A DNA stretch of 27,798 nt, taken from assembly GCF_006345805.1 (NCBI RefSeq), contig NW_021827592.1:1-27798 (forward strand). Direction: 5' to 3'. Under the pieces are notes generated by a model. It did no database searches. It was not told the origin of the DNA and saw nothing but the letters and a program-made list of their open reading frames with translations. This DNA comes from Octopus sinensis. Taxonomy: Eukaryota. The position numbers were made by a program, and so were the translations under genes. Position 1 is the first letter of the stretch, and each line of letters opens with the position of its first letter. This document shows positions 1 to 11,191 of this stretch, one piece after another.

Positions 1-19
1 ATGCTGGAGCACGCCTTTA
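1..19 (-). mobile_element. SINE family A 3' tail fragment (cut by window edge)
   Basis: atgctggagcacgccttta is a near match to the reverse complement of the family A tail taaaggcggtgctccagcat seen at 5569-5589. Confidence 0.55.
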
Positions 20-76
20 ATATCTATTGATTAATATCTACATAGCATACTGCAGAATATATGTATATATATTCAT

Positions 77-236
77 AGGTGTAGGCATGGCTCTATGGTA
101 AGAAACTTGATTCCCAAGCACATGGTTCCAGGTTCAGTACCATTGTGTGGCACCCTGAGCTAAGGTCTTCTACTATAGCCCTTGGCCAAACAAATCCTTG
201 TGTGTGTGTATTTGTCTTCCATCACCATTTGACAAC
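77..236 (+). mobile_element. tRNA-derived SINE family A, degenerate 5' part
   Basis: Aligns by eye with the head of the full copy at 5227-5635 (ggcatggctctatggtaagaa...ggttcagtaccattgtgtggcacc...tcttctactatagcc). Degenerate Pol III A and B boxes. Confidence 0.75.
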
Positions 237-274
237 TTGTACCTATAGTAGAAAGGATTATTATTATTATTATG

Positions 275-487
275 AAGGTGGCCAGCTGGCAGAATCGTTA
301 GCACACCAGGTGAAATGCTTAGTGATATTTCGTCTGCTGCTATGTTTTGAGTTCAAATTCTGCTATGGTCAACTTTGCTTTCCATCCTTTCAGGGTCAGT
401 AAATTAGGTACCAGTTTAAATGACTGGCCCCCTCCCCAAAAAGTTTGGACCTTGTGCCTAGAGTAAAAATGGATTACTATAATTATC
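275..487 (+). mobile_element. SINE family B with (ATT)n tail
   Basis: Head aaggtggccagctggcagaatcgttagc, B-box-like gagttcaaattc, central gctttccatcctttcagggtcagtaaattaggtaccag. Homologous to 491-732, 14865-15048, 15100-15317 and 16878-17078. Confidence 0.8.
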
Positions 488-490
488 ATG

Positions 491-732
491 AAGGTGATCA
501 ACTGGCAGAAACGTTAGCATGCTGAGCAAAATGTTTAGCAGTATTTTGTCTGCCGCTACGTTCTGAGTTCAAATTCCGCTGAGATTGACTTTGCCTTTCA
601 TCCTTTCAGGTTCAATTAAATAAGTTCTAGTTACGCACTGGGGTCGATGTAAATGACTTAATCTCCTCCCCCAAGCTGCTCTTGGGACAAAAATTTGTAA
701 TCATTATCATCATCATTATTATTATTATTATT
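491..732 (+). mobile_element. SINE family B with (ATT)n tail, tandem to the previous copy
   Basis: Same head and gagttcaaattcc...gactttgcctttcatcctttc...actggggtcgatgtaa body; ends in (CAT)/(ATT)n. Confidence 0.8.
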
Positions 733-908
733 GCCTTTTTTTTTCTTCTTTCAATTTTGCTTCTATTTCTTGCCGAGTGTCTTCCCGACTCCTAGGGCAA
801 AGAAACTCATAGTATACATTGGTAGGCCATTAAACCAAACTCAATAGTTCATTCATTTAAAAAAATTTTTTTTTTAAGTTATATTAAAATACATGAGCAG
901 CAACTAGT
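733..908 (-). mobile_element. Probable LINE 3' UTR remnant (R4/Dong-like) between (TAA)n tracts
   Basis: The minus strand ends ...ccctaggagtcgggaagacactcggcaagaaatagaagcaaaattgaaagaagaaaaaaaaaggc(aat)n and has (TAA)n on both sides. It resembles recalled Dong/R4 3' ends, but the clade call is not verified. Confidence 0.4.
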
Positions 909-964
909 ATTATTATTATTATTATTATTATTATATTATTAAATGCTAATTTAATTAGCAGGAA

Positions 965-1200
965 TGTTATCATGAAGTTACAGTCACTTCAAATCTCAAG
1001 AATCTTTCTTAGGATTCTGGCAGAATACAGGAATGGTACCTTTCTGTATGTCAAAAACTGAAATCCAAGTCATAATCCTGGTATCTTTCAGTCTCTCTGG
1101 TACCAGTTTGAGTGGTCTGCCACTGTTCCTTATAATCATATCTGGTCCTTCTACTTCTACGGTATAGTCAGACCTTATGGAGAAGTCCTAGGAAATCTGG
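965..1200 (-). mobile_element. R4/Dong-clade non-LTR retrotransposon, decayed restriction-like endonuclease and C-terminus
   Basis: The minus strand reads QIS*DFSIRSDYTVEVEGPDMII (compare the RLE motif ILWDFxIxTDxxIxxxRPDIVI). After a deletion it reads DIQKGTI, then a frameshift, then LYSARILRKILEI* (stop at 989-991), the typical R4/Dong C-terminal xxARILRKVLxx*. Confidence 0.75.
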
Positions 1201-1558
1201 TAATTCCATAAAATCCATGCAGTTCAGAGGCAACTATTTTTTTTTTTTTTTGAAATAGTAAAACTATGAACAGAAATAAATTTCTTTAAATTACTGCATC
1301 TTAGAATACTGTACATTAGACCTACCCACCCCCAGCCTATTCCCGCTCCCTCCATGTAAAACAGGGGACAAACTTGTGTAATGATGCCTTTGACATTTAT
1401 TTTATGTAGGGTGTTTTTGTTTTTTGTTTTTTTCGTAGATTTACTTTCCGTTATTTCATGGAAAAAATAGTGAAAGCGATGGCTCTTTTATTAATTGCTG
1501 TTCTGCCTGTGAGACTTGTGTATATATTTGCCTTTTAGAAAATACACATACGTGCTAG

Positions 1559-1852
1559 ATACACACACACACACACAAGTGCACACATGTTTTTCTACAA
1601 GTTGTGTATGTATGTATGTGTGTATATATATATATATAATATAGTGTATATGTATGTATGCAGCATATATACAAATATGCATGTATGTATATAGACACAC
1701 ACACAAATATATATATAATATATATATACAACACAACACCACACATACATACATATATATTCATATCTATATGTATATATATATATATATATGTAATATA
1801 CATGTATGAATGTATATATTTATGTAGTACATATATATATATATATATATAT

Positions 1853-1890
<38 letters not shown>

Positions 1891-2075
1891 GTATGTACAT
1901 ATATAAAATATTATACAACATATTATATATATAACATATATATATATACACACATATATATATAACATAATATATTATATATATATATCTATATATATAT
2001 ATATACATACACATCTCTCTCTATATATATGTATGTACACATATTTTTATGCATGAAAACGTGTGTGTATGTGCG
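1559..2075. repeat. Compound (CA)n/(TA)n microsatellite
   Basis: Direct inspection. Confidence 0.95.
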
Positions 2076-2434
2076 CATATCTGTGCAATAGATTAGATTA
2101 GCAAAAGCAACCAAATCACTTAACGTTCAGCTTTTGGCTTTGTGAAAGACGACAGATATCTGTTAGATTAACTAACATTAGATATAACGAAATATTACAA
2201 AAAGAAAATGAAACATGTAATATTAAAAAAATCTATATTGCTAATAAAAATGATATATAAATAGATATAACGATCCCCTCCTGTCTTTCCTCCCTTCTTG
2301 CAGAGAGAAAAACACAAATAAAACCCAAAAAGCAACTTTCTCAAATTATCCATCCGTAGGGTATTTCTTCATATGTCTTCACGTTCATTCAATGTGTTAA
2401 GTATATATTGCTATATTAAATGCACTTTAGCTCT

Positions 2435-2495
2435 GCACACACACGCATATATATATACACACAGATATGTATACATATATACATCTAGATATGTA

Positions 2496-2536
<41 letters not shown>

Positions 2537-2562
2537 TACACATACAGAATGTGTATATATAT

Positions 2563-2593
<31 letters not shown>

Positions 2594-2737
2594 CCTATGT
2601 AGATATATATATATAATATGATATGTATATATGCACATAGGTATATGATATACATTATATAAATACCATTTTATATATATAATATCTGCGTTTGCCTTAT
2701 ATATGTGTATATATATGTATATATCATATATATATAT

Positions 2738-2772
<35 letters not shown>

Positions 2773-3035
2773 GTGCGTGGTATATATATTTATATATGTA
2801 TAAATATATATGTATATATGATATATCTATATATGTATGGATAGATCATATATATGTTATATATATATATTATATGTATAAATATATATGTATATATTAT
2901 ATATATATATATATGTGTGTATATATATGTATGTATTAAATATGTTGACATCTTTATATAAAAATATATATATATATATATATACTTATACATACACACG
3001 CACCACATACACATGCACACACACACACATGTATA
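2435..3035. repeat. Compound (TA)n/(TACA)n microsatellite
   Basis: Direct inspection. Confidence 0.95.
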
Positions 3036-3184
3036 TTCATAGATACTTCAACATGTTTCTGGTTAACGTGATGTTTCAAAGCCATTTTGTGCAACACTTA
3101 TTCTCTTTTGCTACGATGGTGTGGAAAAAAAAAAGTCCTGTTTCCTTCTTTTTTTTTTAATTCTACATGCAAATGATGTTATAA

Positions 3185-3191
3185 CAACGCC

Positions 3192-3223
<32 letters not shown>

Positions 3224-3297
3224 GCAACAGGAATGAAACCAGCTTGCTATTTATACATTCATTTCATATATATATATATATATACCACACACACCAC

Positions 3298-3341
<44 letters not shown>

Positions 3342-3436
3342 TATATATATTTATATTATATATTATATATATATTATATATATATATATATATAAATTAT
3401 ATATATATATATATATATAATATATGTATCTATATC

Positions 3437-3468
<32 letters not shown>

Positions 3469-3530
3469 TATATGTTCTATATATATACATATATATTATA
3501 TATGTGTATATATTACATATATATATGTAC
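3185..3530. repeat. (CCA)n(CAA)n followed by (TA)n microsatellite
   Basis: Direct inspection. Confidence 0.9.
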
Positions 3531-3689
3531 GTATTGGTTAACTTTTATCGTCATGTAGTTCTAATTCTTATATGCGCTTAAGGTATTAGATGCTCACCAG
3601 TTTTTCACGGAACCATTCTCTGTTCTGTATATCTGAGTCGATTCGCCAGAAGCTTTCGCATCTTTCAAAAAGAGCGTGAAAAACAAGGA

Positions 3690-3699
3690 GGAAATAAAG

Positions 3700-3730
<31 letters not shown>

Positions 3731-3812
3731 AGGAACGGAATAAAAGCGGAAAATGCCAAAAAGGAAAAAAAAAAGAAAAAAGAGAGAGAGAGAGAGAGAA
3801 AGAAAGAGAAAG
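3690..3812. repeat. Polypurine (GAAA)n/(GA)n tract
   Basis: Direct inspection. Confidence 0.9.
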
Positions 3813-3999
3813 ACTTATGGAACGTAGAATTAGAAGTCTGCAGAGAACCGATTTGCTAAAGCGATGATCACAGCATTAATTTGGATCTTAACAACTATTT
3901 TTGTTATAAGGAATTTCTTGTAGCTTTAATGGAAGTTAAGAAGTTAATCTAAAATGCAATCTTTCTTGAAGAATAGTTCCAGAATAATCCAGCTTTACT

Positions 4000-4194
4000 C
4001 TTCTTCTGTCATTTTCATTACCTTCTTCCTCTCCTTTTCTTCATCCTCTCCTCTTCCTCTTCCTCTTAATTCTTCTTCTTTGCCGCCTTCTTCTTCTTAA
4101 TTCTTCTTTTCCTACTTCTTCTTTATCTTATTCTTCTTCGTCTTCTTCTTCTTCTTCTTCTTATTATTATTATTATTATTACTGTTATTGTTAA

Positions 4195-4231
<37 letters not shown>

Positions 4232-4450
4232 TATCTTCGACTTCTTCCTCTTCCTCTTCTTTTTCTTCTTCTTCGTTTTCTTTTTCCTTCTTCACCTTCT
4301 TCCTTGTCTCCTTCTTTTTCCCCTCCTGTCCTTCTTTCTTCTTTCCTTTCTTCTTTTTCTTCTGCCTTCTTTGGTGTTTTCTTCTTTGCCTCTGCTACAA
4401 ATACTTCTATTTCCTTCTCCTTTTTCTCCTTTTTCATCTTTTTCTTTTGT
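4000..4450. repeat. Polypyrimidine (CTT)n tract with internal (TAT)n
   Basis: Direct inspection. Confidence 0.9.
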
Positions 4451-4669
4451 GACATTCTGCTAATCCAAGAACTCCGTTGGCAAGAACCTTTAAAACAAGG
4501 AATAAAATCTTTGTGATGAGATTTCCTTGAAAACCGAAGAAAAAAAAAAATTCAAAGAAAATGGAAGAATTTTATTCACTTTCTTGTTTTACAACCATTT
4601 CTTTTTTCTTTTCTGTTTTTTTTCTTCATTTTTCATCATGTGATCAAGGGTTTTTAGCCTGAGATGCAT

Positions 4670-4740
4670 TTGAGGGCAGGATTTTCTGGTTGGATGCTCT
4701 ACCTGTCAGCAACCTTTACCTGTTATTTTTCAAGTAATAG
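4670..4740 (-). mobile_element. Fragment of RTE-type 3' tail
   Basis: ttttctggttggatgctctacctgtcagcaacc resembles the reverse complement of ggttggtgttaggaagggcatccagccatagaaa (5779-5811). Confidence 0.45.
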
Positions 4741-4861
4741 ATTTCTTTGATTCCACAAGTGTTTGAAAGTGCAGAGCAACATGTCATATTTATAATCAAC
4801 AAGTAATGTCAGCATCAGCACCATTTTACTCACACAGTGATAAGGCTAGTCTATCAGAGGT

Positions 4862-5005
4862 CGACCCATTTACAGCTGAGTGTTCTTGAGCAACATGAAA
4901 TGAAGTGTCTTGCTCAAGAACACAATGTGCTGCCCAGTCCAGGAAGTGAACCCTTGGTTCTGTGACCATTAGTGCAACACCCTAACCATTGGACCACGCA
5001 TCTTT
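4862..5005 (-). mobile_element. tRNA-derived SINE family D, 5' part
   Basis: The minus strand has a tRNA-like head (gcgtggtccaatggttagggtgttgcac...ggttcacttcc) followed by ttgtgttcttgagcaagacactt. Homologous to 19265-19433 and 19815-19930. Confidence 0.7.
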
Positions 5006-5059
5006 ACTTACATTAAATATAACAACAATGACACACCTTGGATTCGTTAACATTGAAAT

Positions 5060-5200
5060 GTGGGTAGAACCAGGGAGATGCTGGATGAAGTGATGAGAAA
5101 GAACTTTAGACATTGGGTCTCACAGAGGTGGGTGACAGGGGACCAAGGCTCTTGGTGGTTTGCTATACTTAAGAAGACACATCAGGCTAAGCAAAAGCTT
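5060..5200 (+). mobile_element. RTE-clade LINE, decayed ORF C-terminus
   Basis: GRTREMLDEVMRKNFR...TGDQGSWWFAILKKTHQAK matches the RTE C-terminal pattern GRPRKTWxExVxxDLxxLGL...DRxxWRxAV. Confidence 0.65.
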
Positions 5201-5226
5201 GGTTGTCCTTGCATACAGGCATGTAT

Positions 5227-5635
5227 AGCGCAGGAGTGGCTGTGTGGTAAGTAGCTTGCTAACCAACCACATGGTTCTAGGTTCAATCCCACTGCGTGGC
5301 ATCTGGGCAAGTGTTTCTTCTGCTATACCCCGGCCGACCAATGCCTTGTGAGTGGATTTGGTAGACGGGAAACTGAAGAACCTGTTGTATATATGTATAT
5401 ATATATATATATATGTTGTGTGTGGTGTCTGTGTTTGTCCCCCTAGCATTGCTTGACAACCGATGCTGTGTGTTTTTACGTCCCCGTCACTTAGCAGTTT
5501 GGCAAAAGAGACCGATAGAATAAGTACTGGGCTTACAAAGAATAAGTCCCAGGGTTGATTTGCTCCACTAAAGGCGGTGCTCCAGCATAGCCACAGTCAA
5601 ATGACTGAAATAAGTGTAAAAGAGTAAAAAGAGAG
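5227..5635 (+). mobile_element. tRNA-derived SINE family A, full length, with internal (TA)/(TG) microsatellite
   Basis: A box tggctgtgtgg, B box ggttcaatccc, body, internal microsatellite, and tail ...ggtgctccagcatagccacagtcaaatgactgaaa ending in short aagagta repeats. Many partial copies occur in the window. Confidence 0.88.
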
Positions 5636-5686
5636 TATGTCCCCTACATTCCATCTTCAGCTATGCATTCCTTATCTTGCAAGCTT

Positions 5687-5942
5687 GTGGGTGCTGGTGC
5701 TACATAAAAAGCACCTGTACTGGGTCCAAGCGCCCATGCCTGTGTTGCGTAAAAAGCACCCAGTCCACTTTGTAAAGCGGTTGGTGTTAGGAAGGGCATC
5801 CAGCCATAGAAACCAAGCCAAAACTGACCTAGTACCCAAGCAGCTCTTCGGCTGACCAGCTCCTGTCAATCTGTCCAACCCATGCCAGAATGGCAAATGG
5901 ACGTTAAATGATGATGCCGATCATGATGATGATGATGATGAT
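5687..5942 (+). mobile_element. RTE-type 3' UTR/tail ending in (GAT)n
   Basis: taaaaagcacc duplication, ggttggtgttaggaagggcatccagccatagaaa, then ...ccaacccatgccagaatggcaaatggacgttaaat(gat)n. Probably the continuation of the RTE fragment at 5060-5200. Confidence 0.65.
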
Positions 5943-6149
5943 TACCCAGAAACTGGTTAACAACATTACCTAATTTTGGAAATTATTATTTTTCACTTTC
6001 AATAACATTTCATCATATTCTCTTTCCCTTCCCAAACTATACAAATATTTTGTATAGTTTGGGCAAAGCAAGGATGAATTTTTTTTTTTTTCACTTTGTC
6101 AGTTCCTTATTGACATTTGTTGTGATAACGATTAAAGCAGTTTGTTTGT

Positions 6150-6180
<31 letters not shown>

Positions 6181-6434
6181 TTGGTGGTTTTCAAGAGTAA
6201 TAAAAACAAGAAGCAAAAACGTAAAATGTGTTAGAAAAATTTTTTAAAAATAAAACAAATCAAATTTCTCTAAATAATTAGAAATAACAGACTTGTAAGT
6301 TTATTTCATTTGTATTAATTATGTCTGGTTGGACAAACATGAAATATATATAATGTAAAGAAAAATATATATATACACCATTTAATATTACTGCTTCATT
6401 TCATTATGACCCAGAATGTGTGTGTATAAATAAA

Positions 6435-6435
6435 T

Positions 6436-6477
<42 letters not shown>

Positions 6478-6510
6478 GGATGGATATATATATATGTGTG
6501 TGTATGCTTG

Positions 6511-6580
<70 letters not shown>

Positions 6581-6677
6581 GTATGTATACATTTTTATGG
6601 CTGTATGTCTGCTCTGTAAAACTACAAATTAATATATAAAAACAAACATTCTTAGATATATACATGTGTGTATACTC

Positions 6678-6713
<36 letters not shown>

Positions 6714-7305
6714 ATATATATGTGTGTATGTATATATATTTATGTATATGTATATATAAATATATATATATATACATAAAAATATATATATAAACAAATA
6801 TATATATATTTATTTTATAAACATTTATATATATATACACGCACACACACACGCACACACGTGTATGCATATATATATCTACGTGTATGTATATATTCGT
6901 ATATACATACATTTATTCATATATGTGTTTGAGGGACAGAGAGAGAGAGAGAGAAATTATGTATGTATGATTGCAAGCACATAAGAAGTTTCAAATATAT
7001 ACACATACACTCAGACACACACACACACACACACATACACTTGCATACTACAATGTTTAGCATTATATAAGCATTCAGTTATAGGTACATACACATGTGT
7101 ACATAATTATACACACACACACATATACATGCAAGTGTGTGAATATATGACTGTAAACGTATTCACTTAGCTGGCATTAAATATTTACACATTCCAATAT
7201 ATATACAAATATATATATATATACTTGTATATATGTATATATATGTGTGTATATGTGTATATATATATATACTATGTATGTATATGAATTTATATATGTG
7301 TAGTG

Positions 7306-7336
<31 letters not shown>

Positions 7337-7404
7337 TTGTATGAATACATATATATATGTATATATATATATATATGTATATGAATACATATATATGTGT
7401 GTTA

Positions 7405-7446
<42 letters not shown>

Positions 7447-7600
7447 AATATGTACATACTAGAATACATAACATCACATAATTAAATACCCATACATACA
7501 TACATGCATACATAAACATACATGAACATAGACACAGAAGTATGTGTTCATGTGCACGTGTGTGTTTGTGAGTGTGCGTATGCATGTGTGTGTGTATGTG
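6435..7600. repeat. Cluster of (TAGA)n, (TA)n, (CA)n and (TG)n microsatellites
   Basis: Direct inspection. Confidence 0.9.
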
Positions 7601-7807
7601 AACTGTTGCACTTTATAATTAATCTGATTATATTCTGTTCGTCTTATGCCCTTGCGATAACCAAATATATACCATTTATTACAATGCCATTATGCCTTCT
7701 TTATCTCAGACTGTCACAAGACAGTTCCACCAGCTTAAACTGTCTCGGCTTTATGGTAACAGTACACAATGGTATTCAAAGACCTGCTGTCTGTTATGTT
7801 AATACGA

Positions 7808-8009
7808 TATAATATATATATATATATATATATATAATACACATATAGAGCACCTATATACATGAATACATACATACAGATGGATGTATGTTCTATGTAT
7901 TTCTATATGTATCTGAGTGTGTCTATGTGTATGCATGTATATGTGTATATATGCATGTATGTGTGTATATGTATGTTTATATATCAATGTGTGTGTGTAT
8001 ACAATATAT

Positions 8010-8048
<39 letters not shown>

Positions 8049-8084
8049 GTATATATATACAATATATGATATATATATATATAT

Positions 8085-8113
<29 letters not shown>
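7808..8113. repeat. (TA)n/(TG)n/(TAGA)n microsatellite
   Basis: Direct inspection. Confidence 0.9.
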
Positions 8114-8115
<2 letters not shown>

Positions 8116-8119
8116 CCAT

Positions 8120-8520
8120 ACATTTTCAGTCTCTCTAATGCCATTCTTCCCTAAGTCGTCTTTGAGGTTCAGGTTCATTGGAATGGCTTTTATTGTATTT
8201 TGCGGGAAGAGTTAGAGGAGTAGAGTTCATCCATTTTTCGTATATCTCGGCCTTGTTTTTGTTTCTAATCATTTTCCAGAAGGAGAACTTTCTGTCTCTG
8301 AGGGATTTGTTCCATTCTGGGATTATATGATTTTTCAGTTTGTATGAATCAATTTGACATGGTTCTTCTTGTTTTTGGCTGGGTTGGTGGTGGGTGAAAA
8401 AGGTGTGGATCGTATCACACAGAGTTTGTAGCTTATCGCCGATTTCGGAGGTTTGTGTCCGGTAATAGTTTCCTCATTAGTAGAGTCCAATTTGTTGACT
8501 AGTACAGAGAGGTGGTGTTG
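8120..8520 (-). pseudogene. Decayed retroelement-like ORF fragment, possibly the N-terminal region of a Penelope-like element
   Basis: The minus strand gives a complex, non-repetitive frame IIPEWNKSLRDRKFSFWKMIRNKNKAEIYEKWMNSTPLTLP...NEPEPQRRLRE. It abuts the Penelope fragment. The family assignment is from recall only. Confidence 0.45.
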
Positions 8521-9745
8521 ATGTCTCTTACAAGAACTCAAGGGCACATTACAAACAGGGATTACCCCACGTCACTAATTGACAATGGGATCCAACGCGC
8601 CCTAAAACTCAGCACGCAGGAACTTAGACGCCCTAAACCTGTTACATCGAACCCCATACTCTACCATACATCTCTACACACACCCCCTCAACAATGAAGC
8701 TTTTGACACCATCCTCCAGAACATTCCTGTATTACAAAAGGACCATAGATGAACCAAACCTCCTAACACACGAAATCATAAAGAGCAAAAGGCAACCCAA
8801 ATCATTGAAACCATCCTAACAAATGCCAAAGTACTGCCAACACAACACTAACCCACAGTAAACAAATGCAATAGACCCAACTGTGGTATATTCATCAACC
8901 TAATAGAAGGTCCGGAATTCCTTTTAAACAAGGACAACGTTTCACAGTAAAACACAACTTCACATGCGCATCAGAAAACCTAGTATATGTCTTAACTTGC
9001 TGGGCTGTAATGAACACTACATAGGCCAAACAAAAAATAGCCTCCGCCAACGCATGACTGTCCACAGATCCCAAATAAAAATACAGGAATATAGAAAAAT
9101 AGCATTTAGTGCACATATTGATACCTGTGCCGCACAACTCCATCCCAATTTTAGAATCTTCCCCCTCTACAAATTTAAAGACAATGCCACTCATACCCAG
9201 CGAATAACCATGGAATCCCACCTTATTAATAAATACAGACCACTTCTAAACACATGCCCCGACACGAACCCACAACAAACACACTTACACCCTGCACACA
9301 CCCTACACACACCTTTACCCAGATATTAACACCATGACACACACAAATATATGGTTCCACACATACACATAATTGAATACGGGTGCAAAACATCCAACAC
9401 TATTTTTTGGAAATGGCTGTAAATATTGACTTCACACAATACGTTGCTTCCCGATACAGGCACAAGGCCCCACAGAACTATAAATATTGAAAATTGTACC
9501 CCCACACATACACATATATACACGCGTGCGCGCCCCAACATACATATAAACACACACACGCGCGCGCGCGCACACACATACATACAATACAGCTCTCCCT
9601 GTTCTAAACGAACTTACTTATCCAGTCAAGCGGAAATACACTCCCTAACTACGCGCTAAAAAGCTATTTAAAATATCCACATGACGTCTACTGACCAGCC
9701 TGAAACAATAAGAATTTTCAACAACACTATTTTCGAAAATTCTAA

Positions 9746-9941
9746 ACATTCACGTGACCTCTTTATTATGGCCAATAAGAAATTTTAGGCGGGACACTAG
9801 CCAAATTTTAACTTCTCTGGGGCCTTTTTTCTTACCCCAACACCAACTTCCATTCAACATTCACGTGACCCCTTCATATGACCAATCAAATTTTAGGCGC
9901 GAACCAAGCAAATCCAAAACAACTCTGGAGCCTCTTTTTTT
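9746..9941 (+). repeat. Two-copy ~111-bp imperfect tandem duplication in the Penelope pLTR
   Basis: aacattcacgtgacc..ccaat..aaattttaggcg..ctctgg.gcct occurs at 9746 and 9856. Confidence 0.85.
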
Positions 9942-9966
9942 CACATATAAGAGACAGACTCTAATC

Positions 9967-10016
9967 TCTCTTTTATATTTTGATAAGCATAACAAATGCG
10001 CAACCGGTAAAAAGAA
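9967..10016 (+). ncRNA. Degenerate type I minimal hammerhead ribozyme (fossil)
   Basis: ttgataa (for CUGAUGA, 9980-9986), stem II gcat/atgc, gcaa (for GAAA), palindromic stem III accggt and GUA at 10007-10009. There are three core substitutions. Confidence 0.6.
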
Positions 10017-10187
10017 CTTTCACCTAATTAAATTACTTAAATTACTTCAATTATTTGTCAGCATTTTCTTCATTTCCTTTTTTATATATATATATATATA
10101 TACAAATTGAGATAGGGGTTGTAAATGCAACCCTCCATGGGATAACATATATCCAATATACTGCTAGTGAAGTACCCATATACATAC

Positions 10188-10232
<45 letters not shown>

Positions 10233-11191
10233 TACATGTACATATACATATATACAAATATATACAAGTATATATATATATATATATATTTTGTATATAT
10301 TGGAATGTGTAAATATTTATATTTATATTTACTTATATTTATATTCTCTTATACATATTGTACTTATTGTATCACATTACTCATTTATGTACACTCCTTT
10401 ATGTACACTGTTTTGTTCTATACTATATTATTATGTTTGACCTTAAAGTTTCTTATGTGGTGATTTAATAAAGTATGTGATTGGGTATTATCTGGTAATT
10501 GATATTTGATTTGGATGTATTTGTCCATTTTCTTATTTTGTATATATATATATATATATATATATATTGTGCCTTAAGGTAAAAATCACTCGTTCCCATG
10601 CCCTTCAATTTGGTCAGTCTCAAGAATTCGGCACCAAGACTTTTGTTAATGTAACCTTCTATAAATAGTCTCGTTGATAATTAATTTCTGTAATATGTAA
10701 TTACATTCAGTGAGCAGGATTTCCCCTTTGATTTGCTTTTAATGTCTTTGGCACTTTGGGAGAGCAGGGTGATAAGGGCCAGTGGTGCCACTGGATAAGA
10801 AAGGTGCAGCAGCACTAATCTGCCATTGAGATTTATGCATGTTGATCCTTTCACAAATCATTAAGAATTTATAGTTTTCTTTGAACATCACAGGTTTTCT
10901 CCACAAAATTGAAATGAGAGATGGTTCATGCCCTTAAAGTTAGTAGGCTTCTAGGTAGTCAGTCAGTTTGCTAGATATAGCAACTGAACACCCTCAGTTC
11001 ATACTCTACTAACTTAAAAAATATATAAGGGGACAGTTGGAAGATCAAGACTGACCTGGGTCCTAACGAAAATGATTATTCTTGTCTATTGAAATAGAAA
11101 GTTCTACTGAAGAGTATCCTTTCATTTTAAGGGTCCAAGTGATATTTTCTCGGGGACAGTGAGGGATATGCTTCTTCATAAAATTAAACAT

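Larger units (their letters stand above)
8525..10082 (+). mobile_element. Penelope-like element (Neptune-like), 5'-truncated: RT thumb/linker, Cys-rich motif, GIY-YIG endonuclease and 3' pLTR
   Basis: Frameshifted translation: LQELK..NRDYPTSLIDNGIQRA...LPYISTH...IIKSKRQPKSLK...KCNRPNCG...FTCASENLVYVLTC (8941-9000) / GCNEHYIGQTKNSLRQRMTVHRSQI...FSAHI...MESHLINKYRPLLN. This shows the VY-YIG motif with catalytic R, E and N. A degenerate hammerhead lies downstream at about 9980. Confidence 0.88.

Noticed and set aside
2303-2360. Possible upstream NAV exon after the strong acceptor cttcttgcag
   Set aside because: The best frame (RKTQIKPKKQLSQIIHP*) hits a stop and does not match the expected CH-domain exon.
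7710-7755. 46-bp AG...GT bounded candidate exon
   Set aside because: No frame resembles NAV, and the donor gtaaca is weak.
1491-8178. Numerous YI/CV/HT-rich ORFs, plus the K/E/R- and L/F-rich ORFs at 3676-4516
   Set aside because: They are translations of (TA)n, (TG)n, (CA)n, polypurine and polypyrimidine tracts, with no domain or splice support.
9688-9712. Additional hammerhead (ctgaccagcctgaaacaata)
   Set aside because: The core is CUGACCA, and stems II and III cannot form convincingly.
10103-10178. Short island with a gggttg/caaccc hairpin between (TA)n tracts
   Set aside because: It may be another retroelement terminus, but it has no diagnostic motif or ribozyme core.
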